Of a stretch of DNA of 64,000 bases, positions 10,979-21,116 are shown one piece after another. Where the stretch lies: sequence record PZ445554.1; one strand, written 5' to 3'. A program made the position numbers and the translations under genes. The number at the start of each line of letters is the position of its first letter. The stretch's first letter is position 1. The DNA comes from a phage. Under the pieces are notes generated by a model that searched no databases, was not told the origin of the DNA, and was given only the letters and a program-made list of their open reading frames with translations.

Positions 10979-12397
10979 TTATGGATAGGTATAGATGATA
11001 CCAGTTTCTAAAGCAGTTTTATGAATGATGTATCCATTACGTGATTCTTGGACATCAACTTCTGGATAGTCTTTCATCATCTTCTGAAGAGTGTAACGAT
11101 GCAGGTAGTATTTACTATCTGGATCTTCAGTTTTCCAATCTTTACCTTCTTCAGTCATTTTTTGGATTTCATCCATAACCCACCAACCGCACCAGATGTA
11201 AGCTGAGCTACGGTGTGGAAGAGGATGAACATAAGGTAATTCACCTTCTGGTTCCGGAGCAACTTTATCAGTCACTTGAACTTGACCTTCTGCCGTAATA
11301 GTTTTGCTATCATAATCAGCAGCAGTAACAGTTGCAGTAACTTCAATAGTTTGACTTCCAATAGATGAGGTATCAACGGTATATACATTAGTTGACCCTT
11401 CTACAGGAGAAGAATCTTTCTTCCATGAATACGCAATTTGCGCTTCTTCTGGAGCATCAGTGACATTAGCGGTAAATGTAGCCGAAGCATCTTGCTGCAC
11501 GTTAATAGAAGGAGGAGTCAATGTAACCTGTGGATTCATTGTCTTTTTATTAACAGTCAGTGACACTTCATTAGAAGTAACTTCTTTTGCATCATAATCT
11601 GTTGCGGTTACTTGGGCTACGCATTTAATTCTTTTTACTCCACTTGTAGTTGGAGTATAGCTAAATGTAGAGTTAGTTTCTCCACCAACTTGTGAATCAT
11701 CTACATACCACTGATACGTAGCAGACGCTCCAACTGGTTGAGAAGCTAAGGCAGCAGTAAATTGAACTGGGGTTCCAATTACTCCAGCTGAAGGACTATC
11801 AGGAGTTACTGCCAAAGTAGTTGTCTGTGTCTTTTTATTAACAGTCAGTGACACTTCATTAGAAGTAACTTCTTTTGCATCATAATCTGTTGCGGTTACT
11901 TGAGCCACACACTTAATTGTTTTAACTCCGCTTGTGGTAGGAGTGTAATTGAATGTAGCAGAAGTTGCTTCGACCACAGGAGAACCGTCAACGTGCCATT
12001 GATACGTAGCAGATGCGCCAGGTGGCTGCGAATCTAAGGCAGCGGTAAATTCAACAGCTGTTCCGATTACTCCTTCCGGAGGACTATTAGGAGTTACAGC
12101 TAAGGTAGTCGTTTGTGTCTTATTTTGAACTGTGATAGTTGTAGTAGCTTCTGCTGTTTCAGCATCAGTATCTGGAACTGTATTTGTTGCAACTACTTTA
12201 ATAGTCTTTTGACCGGCAGGTCCTTTTAATACATAATCAAAAGTTGCTTCAGCTCCATCTTGTGGAGCATCATCTACAGTCCAAGCATATGTAATAGTTC
12301 CGCCTCCAGTTTCACCACTGGGTGTAGCAGTAAACTGCTTAGTTTCATCAATAACCCCTGTTGGTGTTTTAGGAGTTATATCAACTGTAAAAGTCAT
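10979..12397 (-). CDS. hoc: Hoc outer capsid decoration protein with four Ig-like domains
   Basis: 472-aa ORF; N-terminus MTFTVDITPKTPTGVIDETKQF and C-terminal capsid-binding region recognised as Hoc; internal 288-bp tandem repeat. Confidence 0.9.
   Translation of the reverse strand: MTFTVDITPKTPTGVIDETKQFTATPSGETGGGTITYAWTVDDAPQDGAEATFDYVLKGPAGQKTIKVVATNTVPDTDAETAEATTTITVQNKTQTTTLAVTPNSPPEGVIGTAVEFTAALDSQPPGASATYQWHVDGSPVVEATSATFNYTPTTSGVKTIKCVAQVTATDYDAKEVTSNEVSLTVNKKTQTTTLAVTPDSPSAGVIGTPVQFTAALASQPVGASATYQWYVDDSQVGGETNSTFSYTPTTSGVKRIKCVAQVTATDYDAKEVTSNEVSLTVNKKTMNPQVTLTPPSINVQQDASATFTANVTDAPEEAQIAYSWKKDSSPVEGSTNVYTVDTSSIGSQTIEVTATVTAADYDSKTITAEGQVQVTDKVAPEPEGELPYVHPLPHRSSAYIWCGWWVMDEIQKMTEEGKDWKTEDPDSKYYLHRYTLQKMMKDYPEVDVQESRNGYIIHKTALETGIIYTYP
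11541..12116 (-). repeat. tandem 288-bp (96-codon) duplication inside hoc, encoding two Ig-like domains
   Basis: Units start at 11541 and 11829; first ~73 bp identical, remainder ~75-80% identical; a more diverged third unit follows. Confidence 0.85.
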
Positions 12398-12406
12398 AAG
12401 TTATCC

Positions 12407-13087
12407 TTATTTTAATGTTACGAAAGAAGAGTTGCGTGTTTCACGAATTAAAACTGATCCGTCACGGTTAATGTAATAAATTAAGCTAAATAAAGTTTGG
12501 TGTGCTGACGCATGTTCAAAACTAGTTGGGTGAGATTTCCAATCAGGAGTTTCAGCAATCCATTGATAAATCCACCAAGGAACAGTACAGAATCCTGGAT
12601 TTTTTCCAATCAACTGAAGATTCGGGCTAAAGTTTTCCGGAAGAGTAAATACAGACGGCTTTTCAGATTCAATAATCTCAGCTACAGCCTGTTCAAATTT
12701 TTCTTCAACAAATGGAGTATCTTCAATCAAAACATCGGTATTTTCAGGAATTTTGTCTGTTTCTACTACTTCAATTTTAATGTCAGATTTAACCGGAGAA
12801 TCAATCAAAAGTGCTGCTTCTGGATTGACTTCTTCATCGTCATATTTTAACCCCTCTGCAGCATCAGCAGCATCAATTAAGTCTTTAATAGATAACCCAT
12901 CAGTCTCCGGCATAGGTTCACTAGCGAGCTTCTGGAGGGCTTCTTCAATATCAACAACGATATTATCAAAAGATTTATTCTTTTTGACCTTTATACCAAA
13001 CTGTTCAGCATATTCAGCTAATTTAGCTTTAGCTTCTTTGTTATCATCAAGAGCCTTCAGCTCTGCAATATAATCTTTATCTATCAT
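12407..13087 (-). CDS. inh: Inh, inhibitor of prohead protease
   Basis: 226-aa acidic ORF, GAGGAAA SD; T4 synteny between hoc and uvsW. Confidence 0.8.
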   Translation of the reverse strand: MIDKDYIAELKALDDNKEAKAKLAEYAEQFGIKVKKNKSFDNIVVDIEEALQKLASEPMPETDGLSIKDLIDAADAAEGLKYDDEEVNPEAALLIDSPVKSDIKIEVVETDKIPENTDVLIEDTPFVEEKFEQAVAEIIESEKPSVFTLPENFSPNLQLIGKNPGFCTVPWWIYQWIAETPDWKSHPTSFEHASAHQTLFSLIYYINRDGSVLIRETRNSSFVTLK

Positions 13088-13100
13088 AATATTTCCTCAG

Positions 13101-13108
13101 TATAAATA
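13101..13108 (+). promoter_or_regulatory. late promoter TATAAATA (uvsW)
   Basis: exact TATAAATA 30 nt before uvsW ATG. Confidence 0.75.
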
Positions 13109-13137
13109 TAGATATATTTATTACATGGTATTTAGAC

Positions 13138-14649
13138 ATGACTGACATTAAAGTACATTTTTATGATTTTAGTCACGTGAGAATTGATTGTGAAGAAAGT
13201 ACATTTCATGAACTCCGTGATTTCTTTAGCTTTGAAGCTGATGGGTATCGTTTTAATCCGAAATACAAATATGGCCACTGGGATGGACGAATCCGTCTTT
13301 TAGATTATAATCGCCTTCTTCCATTCGGCTTAGTCGGGCAAATTAAAAAGTTCTGTGATAACTTTGGCTATAAAGCCTGGATTGACCCCCAAATTAACGA
13401 AAAAGAAGAATTATCAAGAAAAGATTTTGATGAATGGCTTTCTAAATTAGAAATCTATTCAGGAAATAAAAGAATTGAACCACACTGGTATCAAAAAGAT
13501 GCAGTGTTTGAAGGATTAGTTAATCGTCGTAGAATTCTTAATCTTCCAACATCCGCTGGTAAATCGTTAATTCAAGCTTTGCTTGCGCGATATTATTTGG
13601 AAAATTATGAAGGTAAAATTCTTATCATTGTTCCAACAACTGCTCTGACAACTCAGATGGCTGATGACTTTGTTGATTATCGTCTATTCAGTCATGCAAT
13701 GATAAAGAAAATTGGTGGCGGAGCATCAAAAGATGATAAATATAAAAATGATGCACCAGTCGTTGTTGGTACATGGCAAACTGTAGTTAAACAACCAAAA
13801 GAATGGTTCTCACAGTTTGGAATGATGATGAATGATGAATGCCATCTTGCTACAGGAAAAAGTATTTCATCTATCATATCAGGTTTAAATAACTGCATGT
13901 TCAAATTCGGTTTGTCTGGTTCATTACGTGATGGCAAAGCCAATATCATGCAGTATGTTGGAATGTTTGGTGAAATATTTAAACCAGTAACGACTTCTAA
14001 ATTAATGGAAGATGGACAAGTAACTGAGCTAAAAATTAATAGTATTTTTCTTCGCTATCCCGATGAGTTCACTACTAAATTAAAGGGAAAAACTTATCAA
14101 GAAGAAATAAAAATTATTACTGGGCTTAGTAAAAGAAATAAATGGATCGCTAAATTAGCTATTAAGCTTGCGCAAAAAGATGAAAACGCTTTTGTCATGT
14201 TTAAACATGTATCGCACGGTAAAGCTATTTTCGATTTAATTAAAAATGAATACGATAAAGTTTATTACGTATCAGGGGAAGTTGATACCGAAACCCGCAA
14301 TATAATGAAAACTTTAGCCGAAAATGGTAAAGGAATAATTATAGTAGCTAGTTATGGTGTATTTTCTACTGGTATTTCAGTTAAAAATCTGCATCACATT
14401 GTTTTAGCGCACGGTGTTAAATCAAAAATTATTGTATTACAAACAATCGGTCGTGTATTACGTAAGCATGGTTCTAAAACAATCGCAACGGTCTGGGACC
14501 TCATAGATGATTGTGGTGTTAAGCCAAAATCTACTAATACGAAAAAGAAATATGTTCATTTGAACTATCTTTTAAAACATGGCATTGATCGTATTCAGCG
14601 TTACGCAGATGAAAAATTTAATTACGTAATGAAAACAGTTAATTTATAA
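13138..14649 (+). CDS. uvsW: UvsW RNA-DNA and DNA-DNA helicase
   Basis: 503-aa ORF with helicase motifs (PTSAGKS Walker A, DECH box); late promoter TATAAATA 30 nt upstream. Confidence 0.95.
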   Translation: MTDIKVHFYDFSHVRIDCEESTFHELRDFFSFEADGYRFNPKYKYGHWDGRIRLLDYNRLLPFGLVGQIKKFCDNFGYKAWIDPQINEKEELSRKDFDEWLSKLEIYSGNKRIEPHWYQKDAVFEGLVNRRRILNLPTSAGKSLIQALLARYYLENYEGKILIIVPTTALTTQMADDFVDYRLFSHAMIKKIGGGASKDDKYKNDAPVVVGTWQTVVKQPKEWFSQFGMMMNDECHLATGKSISSIISGLNNCMFKFGLSGSLRDGKANIMQYVGMFGEIFKPVTTSKLMEDGQVTELKINSIFLRYPDEFTTKLKGKTYQEEIKIITGLSKRNKWIAKLAIKLAQKDENAFVMFKHVSHGKAIFDLIKNEYDKVYYVSGEVDTETRNIMKTLAENGKGIIIVASYGVFSTGISVKNLHHIVLAHGVKSKIIVLQTIGRVLRKHGSKTIATVWDLIDDCGVKPKSTNTKKKYVHLNYLLKHGIDRIQRYADEKFNYVMKTVNL

Positions 14650-14663
14650 GGGCTTCGGCCCTT
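14648..14663 (+). terminator. stem-loop between uvsW and uvsW.1
   Basis: AAGGGC-UUCG-GCCCUU hairpin overlapping uvsW stop, followed by GGAG SD. Confidence 0.55.
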
Positions 14664-14674
14664 TGGAGAAAAAG

Positions 14675-14905
14675 ATGTTACTAGAATTTAAACAATTTCT
14701 TTATGAAGCTTCTATTGATGAATTTATGGGTAAAATTGCCTCTTGTCAAACATTAGAAGGTTTAGAAGAACTTGAAGCGTATTATAAGAAAAGAGTTAAA
14801 GAAACTGAATTAAAAGATACTGATGACATCTCAGTCAGAGATGCTTTGGCAGGAAAAAGAGCTGAATTAGAAGATTCAGACGATGAAGTAGAAGAAAGCT
14901 TTTAA
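14675..14905 (+). CDS. uvsW.1: UvsW.1 small acidic protein
   Basis: Track start 14663 is TTG; ATG at 14675 after GGAG gives a 76-aa product. Confidence 0.8.
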   Translation: MLLEFKQFLYEASIDEFMGKIASCQTLEGLEELEAYYKKRVKETELKDTDDISVRDALAGKRAELEDSDDEVEESF

Positions 14906-14960
14906 ATTAAAAAAGGCCCAACCAAAAAGGAAGGGCCAAAACTATAGACTAAAGGTCACA

Positions 14961-15128
14961 CTATAGCAAAAGTTGTGTTTCATTTAATTGTTCTTCCGAA
15001 CTTTCTGAAACTGGTAGTTCTTTAATGTAATTATAGCAAGGCCCAGGATGCACAGGACCTTTGTCTGTTTCAACAACCAATGCAGAATCGATTGGAGTTT
15101 TACAGACAACACAAATCTTATCTGACAT
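14961..15128 (-). CDS. small Cys-rich protein (uvsY.-2 position), 55 aa
   Basis: Not in track (<60 aa). Hand-translated: MSDKICVVCKTPIDSALVVETDKGPVHPGPCYNYIKELPVSESSEEQLNETQLLL; GAGGAGA SD 7 nt before ATG; minus-strand TATAAATA just upstream. Confidence 0.65.
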   Translation of the reverse strand: MSDKICVVCKTPIDSALVVETDKGPVHPGPCYNYIKELPVSESSEEQLNETQLLL

Positions 15129-15153
15129 GATTGTCTCCTCTGAATTATATATC

Positions 15154-15161
15154 TATTTATA
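15154..15161 (-). promoter_or_regulatory. candidate late promoter (minus strand) for uvsY.-2
   Basis: plus-strand TATTTATA = minus TATAAATA, 26 nt upstream of the 55-aa ORF. Confidence 0.45.
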
Positions 15162-15381
15162 CAACTCTCATATGCATATCAATGCCCATATCTTTAGAAT
15201 AAAAATATTCATCAAGATATCCGGCAAATTTTCCTTTAATATAAAGGACATCTTCACCACACGGGTGGTCGGCCAGGATACAAATATCCTGACGCTTAAG
15301 ATTATGCTTTTTCATTAAGAATTGAATTTCCGTTTCAAATTCTTCTTCATAATTAAAAGCATCATCAATGCTATATCTCAT
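15157..15381 (-). CDS. hypothetical protein (uvsY.-1 position)
   Basis: 74-aa ORF directly downstream of uvsY. Confidence 0.75.
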   Translation of the reverse strand: MRYSIDDAFNYEEEFETEIQFLMKKHNLKRQDICILADHPCGEDVLYIKGKFAGYLDEYFYSKDMGIDMHMRVV

Positions 15382-15794
15382 TATTTTCCAGCCTCAAATG
15401 CCCGCATGTCTTGAATATGCTTAATAGCAAATCCACGTGATTTAATAGCATCAAGAGCTCCGCTACAGAAATCTAATAAAATCCCCCAATACTGTAACGA
15501 GGTATCAACCTTTAAAACATCCTTATCAGCTGATAGAACTGTCTTCATTTCTGATTTCTCGTAACGATCCATACTAAATTCATCACCATCTCCTCGTCCC
15601 GAGTAGTAGTCTAATTTAGCTTTAAGAGCAACTTTTTTCTGTGCATCAATTCTAAGCATTTCCTTTTTAATACTTGAATGCTTATTAAGCCATTTACTAT
15701 ATAACATCACATTATTAGCTGCTTCATACTGTAATTTAGTCGAATCTATAAATACATCTTTCTTCAATTCTTCTTGAAGATCTTCTAATCTCAT
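15381..15794 (-). CDS. uvsY: UvsY recombination mediator
   Basis: 137-aa ORF recognised as T4 UvsY; MotA-type middle promoter upstream. Confidence 0.93.
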   Translation of the reverse strand: MRLEDLQEELKKDVFIDSTKLQYEAANNVMLYSKWLNKHSSIKKEMLRIDAQKKVALKAKLDYYSGRGDGDEFSMDRYEKSEMKTVLSADKDVLKVDTSLQYWGILLDFCSGALDAIKSRGFAIKHIQDMRAFEAGK

Positions 15795-15834
15795 ATTGTT
15801 CTCTATTCAATTGTTATTGGATGGACTTAGATTC

Positions 15835-15860
15835 ATTATACCACGTTTATACGTGAAGCA
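15835..15860 (-). promoter_or_regulatory. MotA-dependent middle promoter of uvsY (oriF region)
   Basis: minus strand reads TGCTTCA (MotA box) - 13 nt - TATAAT, ~40 nt upstream of uvsY ATG. Confidence 0.6.
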
Positions 15861-16259
15861 TTATACTCTATTACTGGAAGCCAGTTGTAGTTTTATCTGC
15901 TCAATATCATCAGGGTTATCGATGACTGAAAAGCGTATTTCTACTATCAAAGTATAATCATCATAAACCGGTATTACATTAACTGCTAATTTATCAATAC
16001 GTGGCTCATAGTTTCTTACTGCGCTTTCGATATTACGCTCAACCGTGTCAGCAGTAAGAGGAGTCATATTCTCAAAAAGTTGGTCAGATAAATCGCATCC
16101 AAATTCAGGGTCAAACGGTCTTGAACCTTTTCTTGTTGTAATAATTCCTAAAAGACTATTTTTAATTGACCTTAATCCAAGTGATCTTGAAACGTCTTTG
16201 TTCCAATCCATTTTCATCTCTGGGTCAATATCAGAATAAAGCTTATTAATATTTGCCAT
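15861..16259 (-). CDS. 25: baseplate wedge protein gp25
   Basis: 132-aa ORF recognised as T4 gp25. Confidence 0.93.
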   Translation of the reverse strand: MANINKLYSDIDPEMKMDWNKDVSRSLGLRSIKNSLLGIITTRKGSRPFDPEFGCDLSDQLFENMTPLTADTVERNIESAVRNYEPRIDKLAVNVIPVYDDYTLIVEIRFSVIDNPDDIEQIKLQLASSNRV

Positions 16260-16885
16260 TACAATAGCTCAAAGAATTCTTTGAGTCCTCTTATTACATG
16301 AGCGTGAGTTTTTCCACACTCTGGACATTTAATTGGAACAGCCAAATAAACAGTAGGCTTTAAAAGCATATCTTTTATAGCTACAATATCTGACTCTGTG
16401 ATGATAGAATATAAATCTTCCAGTTCTTTTTCATTTAAGTCTTCAACTGGAATGCTTTCCCCGTTAGCATGAATCGTTTCTATGCATGATACTATCATGT
16501 GGGCTATATTTTTATCATCAAAAATTTTAGGGTATCGGAATTTAATTTTAATGTCACCCAGTGTATACCAGAGGTCTTCTGGTGCATCTATTTGTGTATG
16601 TAATAGATTTATATGGGTTGGTATTTCAGTTCCGCAGGTGCACTTCCAGGAGTTTTCATGATTAACTTCACCGAGAGAATGCGCCCATAAATGAATCAAC
16701 AATAGTTCTGATTCTTGGCGGTTTAAATCTTTTGCATTTGTGCAGTCTTTGATTAGCTTTTTAACAATTACTTCTACGGAACCATTATTTTTAGCAGTAA
16801 TAAGTTCTAGATATTCTTTAAGCGTGAATGCGCGACAATTGATTATTTTAGAACCAACTCTCACATCAAATTTGTATTCATACAT
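16259..16885 (-). CDS. 26: baseplate hub protein gp26
   Basis: 208-aa ORF; AAGGAG SD; T4 synteny. Confidence 0.88.
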   Translation of the reverse strand: MYEYKFDVRVGSKIINCRAFTLKEYLELITAKNNGSVEVIVKKLIKDCTNAKDLNRQESELLLIHLWAHSLGEVNHENSWKCTCGTEIPTHINLLHTQIDAPEDLWYTLGDIKIKFRYPKIFDDKNIAHMIVSCIETIHANGESIPVEDLNEKELEDLYSIITESDIVAIKDMLLKPTVYLAVPIKCPECGKTHAHVIRGLKEFFELL

Positions 16886-16907
16886 ATTTTAGCTCCTTTA
16901 TTTATCA

Positions 16908-16919
16908 TATTTATAAATA
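16908..16919. promoter_or_regulatory. overlapping divergent late promoters (gene 26 leftward, gene 51 rightward)
   Basis: TATTTATAAATA contains TATAAATA on both strands. Confidence 0.6.
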
Positions 16920-16936
16920 GAATAAAAGGAGCATCT

Positions 16937-17689
16937 ATGGCAAACATTATTCGTTGTAAATTACCAGATGGTGTTCATCGTTTTAAACCATTTACGGTAG
17001 AAGATTATCGAGATTTTTTGTTAGTTCGAAACGATATAGAGCATCGGTCACCACAAGAACAAAAAGAAATAATTACTGATTTAATTGATGATTATTTTGG
17101 AGACTATCCGAAGACTTGGCAACCATTTATATTTTTGCAGGTATTTGTAGGGTCAATAGGTAAAACTAAAGTACCGGTCACATTTGTATGTCCAAAATGT
17201 AAAAAAGAAAAGACAGTTCCATTTGAAATATATCAAAAAGAATTAAAGGAACCTGTTTTTGATGTAGCTAATGTTAAAATTAAATTAAAGTTTCCTTCTG
17301 AGTTTTATGAAAATAAAGCAAAGATGATTACTGAAAATATTCATTCCGTCCAAGTAGATGAAATTTGGTATGATTGGAAGGAAATTAGTGAATCAAGTCA
17401 AATAGAACTTGTTGATGCTATCGAGATAGAAACATTAGAAAAAATTCTCGATGCAATGAATCCTATTAATTTAACATTGCACATGTCGTGTTGTGATAAG
17501 TACATTAAAAAATACACTGATATAGTAGATGTGTTTAAGCTATTAGTTAATCCAGATGAGATATTTACTTTTTATCAAATTAATCACACGCTTGTAAAAA
17601 GTAATTATAGCTTAAATTCAATAATGAAAATGATTCCTGCCGAGCGCGGATTCGTATTAAAACTGATTGAGAAGGATAAACATCAATGA
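16937..17689 (+). CDS. 51: baseplate hub assembly catalyst gp51
   Basis: 250-aa ORF; late promoter upstream; synteny. Confidence 0.88.
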   Translation: MANIIRCKLPDGVHRFKPFTVEDYRDFLLVRNDIEHRSPQEQKEIITDLIDDYFGDYPKTWQPFIFLQVFVGSIGKTKVPVTFVCPKCKKEKTVPFEIYQKELKEPVFDVANVKIKLKFPSEFYENKAKMITENIHSVQVDEIWYDWKEISESSQIELVDAIEIETLEKILDAMNPINLTLHMSCCDKYIKKYTDIVDVFKLLVNPDEIFTFYQINHTLVKSNYSLNSIMKMIPAERGFVLKLIEKDKHQ

Positions 17690-18858
17690 GTATGTTACAA
17701 CGTCCTGGATATCCAAATCTCAGCGTTAAATTATTTGAGAGTTATGACGCTTGGAGTAATAATAGATTTGTTGAATTAGCTGCTACTATTACCACATTAA
17801 CTATGCGTGACTCTCTTTATGGTCGAAATGAAGGAATGCTACAATTTTATGATTCTAAAAACATTCATACAAAAATGGATGGAAATGAAATAATTCAGAT
17901 TTCTGTAGCTAATGCAAACGATATTAATAATGTTAAAACACGAATTTATGGATGCAAGCATTTTTCCGTGTCAGTAGATTCAAAAGGCGATAACATCATT
18001 GCTATTGAATTAGGAACTATTCATTCTATAGAAAATCTTAAATTTGGTAGACCATTTTTCCCTGATGCCGGTGAATCTATAAAAGAAATGCTTGGTGTCA
18101 TTTATCAAGATCGCACATTATTAACTCCAGCAATAAATGCTATAAATGCTTATGTTCCTGATATTCCATGGACTAGCACATTTGAAAACTATTTGTCATA
18201 TGTCAGAGAAGTTGCTCTAGCGGTAGGAAGCGATAAGTTCGTATTTGTATGGCAAGACATCATGGGAGTTAACATGATGGACTATGATATGATGATAAAT
18301 CAAGAACCATATCCAATGATTGTAGGTGAGCCAACTTTAATAGGTCAATTCGTCCAAGAATTGAAATATCCATTAGCATATGATTTTGTTTGGTTGACTA
18401 AATCAAACCCGCATAAACGTGATCCAATGAAAAATGCTACTATCTATGCTCATTCGTTTTTAGATTCTTCACTGCCAATGATTACTACAGGAAAGGGTGA
18501 AAACTCTATTGTAGTGTCAAGGTCAGGTGCTTATTCTGAAATGACTTATAGAAATGGCTATGAAGAAGCTATTCGTCTTCAAACTATGGCGCAATATGAT
18601 GGCTATGCTAAATGTTCTACTGTCGGTAATTTTAACTTGACTCCTGGTGTTAAAATTATTTTTAATGATAGTAAAAACCAATTTAAAACAGAATTTTACG
18701 TTGATGAAGTTATCCATGAATTATCAAATAATAATTCAGTAACTCATCTATATATGTTCACTAATGCGACGAAACTGGAAACAATAGACCCAGTTAAGGT
18801 TAAAAATGAATTTAAATCTGATACTACCACTGAAGAAAGTAGTTCTTCCAATAAGTAA
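17686..18858 (+). CDS. 27: baseplate hub protein gp27
   Basis: 390-aa ORF overlapping gene 51 stop; synteny. Confidence 0.92.
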   Translation: MSMLQRPGYPNLSVKLFESYDAWSNNRFVELAATITTLTMRDSLYGRNEGMLQFYDSKNIHTKMDGNEIIQISVANANDINNVKTRIYGCKHFSVSVDSKGDNIIAIELGTIHSIENLKFGRPFFPDAGESIKEMLGVIYQDRTLLTPAINAINAYVPDIPWTSTFENYLSYVREVALAVGSDKFVFVWQDIMGVNMMDYDMMINQEPYPMIVGEPTLIGQFVQELKYPLAYDFVWLTKSNPHKRDPMKNATIYAHSFLDSSLPMITTGKGENSIVVSRSGAYSEMTYRNGYEEAIRLQTMAQYDGYAKCSTVGNFNLTPGVKIIFNDSKNQFKTEFYVDEVIHELSNNNSVTHLYMFTNATKLETIDPVKVKNEFKSDTTTEESSSSNK

Positions 18859-19339
18859 TAAAGAAGTTTCTATTCCTAAGATGGGTCTTAAACATTATAA
18901 CATTTTAAAAGATGTTAAAGGTCCTGATGAAAATTTAAAACTTCTTATTGATTCTATTTGTCCGAATTTATCACCGGCAGAAGTTGATTTCGTTTCTATT
19001 CATTTATTGGAATTTAATGGAAAGATTAAATCTCGTAAAGAAATAGATGGTTATACTTATGATATTAATGACGTTTATGTATGTCAAAGATTGGAATTTC
19101 AATACCAAGGAAATACATTTTATTTTAGACCTCCTGGAAAATTTGAACAATTTTTAACTGTAAGCGATATGTTATCCAAATGCTTGCTTAAGGTCAATGA
19201 TGAAGTTAAAGAAATTAATTTTCTTGAGATGCCAGCATTTGTTTTAAAATGGGCAAATGATATTTCTACAACTTTAGCAATTCCTGGCCCTAATGGTCCA
19301 ATAACCGGAATTGGCAATATTATTGGATTATTTGAATGA
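18806..19339 (+). CDS. 28: baseplate hub distal subunit gp28
   Basis: 177-aa ORF overlapping gene 27 3' end in another frame, as in T4. Confidence 0.85.
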   Translation: MNLNLILPLKKVVLPISNKEVSIPKMGLKHYNILKDVKGPDENLKLLIDSICPNLSPAEVDFVSIHLLEFNGKIKSRKEIDGYTYDINDVYVCQRLEFQYQGNTFYFRPPGKFEQFLTVSDMLSKCLLKVNDEVKEINFLEMPAFVLKWANDISTTLAIPGPNGPITGIGNIIGLFE

Positions 19340-21108
19340 AAAAGCCACAAGAAATGCAAACGATGCGTAGAAAAGTTATTTCAGATAATAAACCAACACA
19401 GGAAGCGGCTAAATCCGCTTCTAATACTTTATCTGGTCTTAATGACATTTCTACAAAATTAGATGATGCTCAAGCTGCCTCTGAATTAATAGCTCAGACT
19501 GTTGAAGAAAAATCAAATGAAATAGTTGGAGCAATTGATAACGTTGAAAGCGCAGTAAGTGATACTACTGCCGGTTCTGAGTTAATTGCCGAGACTGTTG
19601 AAATTGGCAATAATATCAATAAAGAAATAGGCGAATCACTCGGAAGCAAATTAGATAAATTAACGAGTTTATTAGAACAAAAAATTCAAACAGCTGGAAT
19701 TCAACAGACTGGAACGAGTTTAGCAGTAGTCGAAAATGCTATTCCTGTTAAAGTCGTCGAGGATGATACAGCTGAATCTGTGGGTCCTTTATTACCGGCT
19801 CCTGAAGCAGTTAATAATGATCCTGATGCTGATTTTTTCCCTACTCCTCAGCCAATTGAACCAAAACAAGAGTCTCCAGAAGAGAAGCAAAAAAGAGACG
19901 CATTTAACTTAAAATTATCTCAAGCTTTAGATAAATTAACAAAGACAGTTGATTTCGGATTTAAGAAATCTATTTCAATTACTGATAAAATATCTAGCAT
20001 GCTATTTAAGTATACCGTCAGTGCTGCTATTGAAGCTGCTAAAATGGTTGCATTGATAATGGCTGTTGTTATTGGAATAGACCTGCTGATGGTTCATTTT
20101 AAATACTGGTCAGATAAATTTTCAAAAGCCTGGGATTTATTTAGCACTGATTTTAAAACTTTCTCAAGCGAAACAGGAACTTGGGGCCCTTTATTACAAA
20201 GCATCTTTGAATCTATTGATGAAATTAAAAAGTTCTGGGAAGCTGGAGATTGGGGCGGATTAACAGTAGCTATTGTTGAAGGGCTTGGAAGTGTTCTTTA
20301 TAATTTAGGAGAGCTTATTCAATTAGGTATGGCTAAATTATCTGCAGCAATTCTTCGAGTCATTCCTGGCATGAAGGATACTGCTGATGAAGTAGAAGGA
20401 AGAGCATTAGAAAATTTCCAAAATTCTACTGGAGCATCTCTTAATAAAGAAGACCAAGAAAAAGTAGCAAATTATCAAGATAAACGAATGAATGATGATC
20501 TTGGCCCAATAGCAAAAGGATTAGACAAAATTGCGAACTGGAAAACTCGTGCATCTAACTGGATTCGTGGTGTAGATAATAAAGAAGCATTGACTACTGA
20601 CGAAGAACGTGCAGCAGAAGAAGAAAAATTAAAACAACTTTCACCGGAAGAAAGAAAAAATGCTTTAATGAAAGCTAATGAAGCTCGTGCTGCGATGATT
20701 CGTTTTGAAAAATACGCTGATTCAGCTGATATGAGCAAAGACTCGACAGTTAAATCAATTGAAGCTGCTCATGAAGACCTTAAAAAACGAATGAATGATC
20801 CGGATTTAAATAATTCACCAGCAGTTAAAAAAGAACTTGCTTCTAGATTTGCTAAAATTGATGCCACTTATCAAGAGCTCAAGAAAAATCAACCTGAAGC
20901 AAAACCTGAAACTTCTGCTAAATCACCAGAAGCAAAACAGGTCCAGGTGATTGAAAAGAACAAAGCACAACAAGCTCCTGTTCAACAAGCATCTCCTTCA
21001 ATCAATAATACTAATAATGTTATTAAGAAAAATACTGTCGTTCATAATATGACACCTGTCACAAGCACAACTGCTCCTGGTGTATTTGGTGCGACGGGAG
21101 TTAATTAA
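19336..21108 (+). CDS. 29: baseplate hub / tail length determinator gp29
   Basis: 590-aa ORF with central hydrophobic segment; synteny. Confidence 0.92.
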   Translation: MKKPQEMQTMRRKVISDNKPTQEAAKSASNTLSGLNDISTKLDDAQAASELIAQTVEEKSNEIVGAIDNVESAVSDTTAGSELIAETVEIGNNINKEIGESLGSKLDKLTSLLEQKIQTAGIQQTGTSLAVVENAIPVKVVEDDTAESVGPLLPAPEAVNNDPDADFFPTPQPIEPKQESPEEKQKRDAFNLKLSQALDKLTKTVDFGFKKSISITDKISSMLFKYTVSAAIEAAKMVALIMAVVIGIDLLMVHFKYWSDKFSKAWDLFSTDFKTFSSETGTWGPLLQSIFESIDEIKKFWEAGDWGGLTVAIVEGLGSVLYNLGELIQLGMAKLSAAILRVIPGMKDTADEVEGRALENFQNSTGASLNKEDQEKVANYQDKRMNDDLGPIAKGLDKIANWKTRASNWIRGVDNKEALTTDEERAAEEEKLKQLSPEERKNALMKANEARAAMIRFEKYADSADMSKDSTVKSIEAAHEDLKKRMNDPDLNNSPAVKKELASRFAKIDATYQELKKNQPEAKPETSAKSPEAKQVQVIEKNKAQQAPVQQASPSINNTNNVIKKNTVVHNMTPVTSTTAPGVFGATGVN

Positions 21109-21116
21109 GGAATAAT

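Noticed and set aside
12512-13073. Two plus-strand ORFs (112 and 106 aa) inside inh
   Set aside because: Antisense to a well-supported gene; low-complexity composition; no SD.
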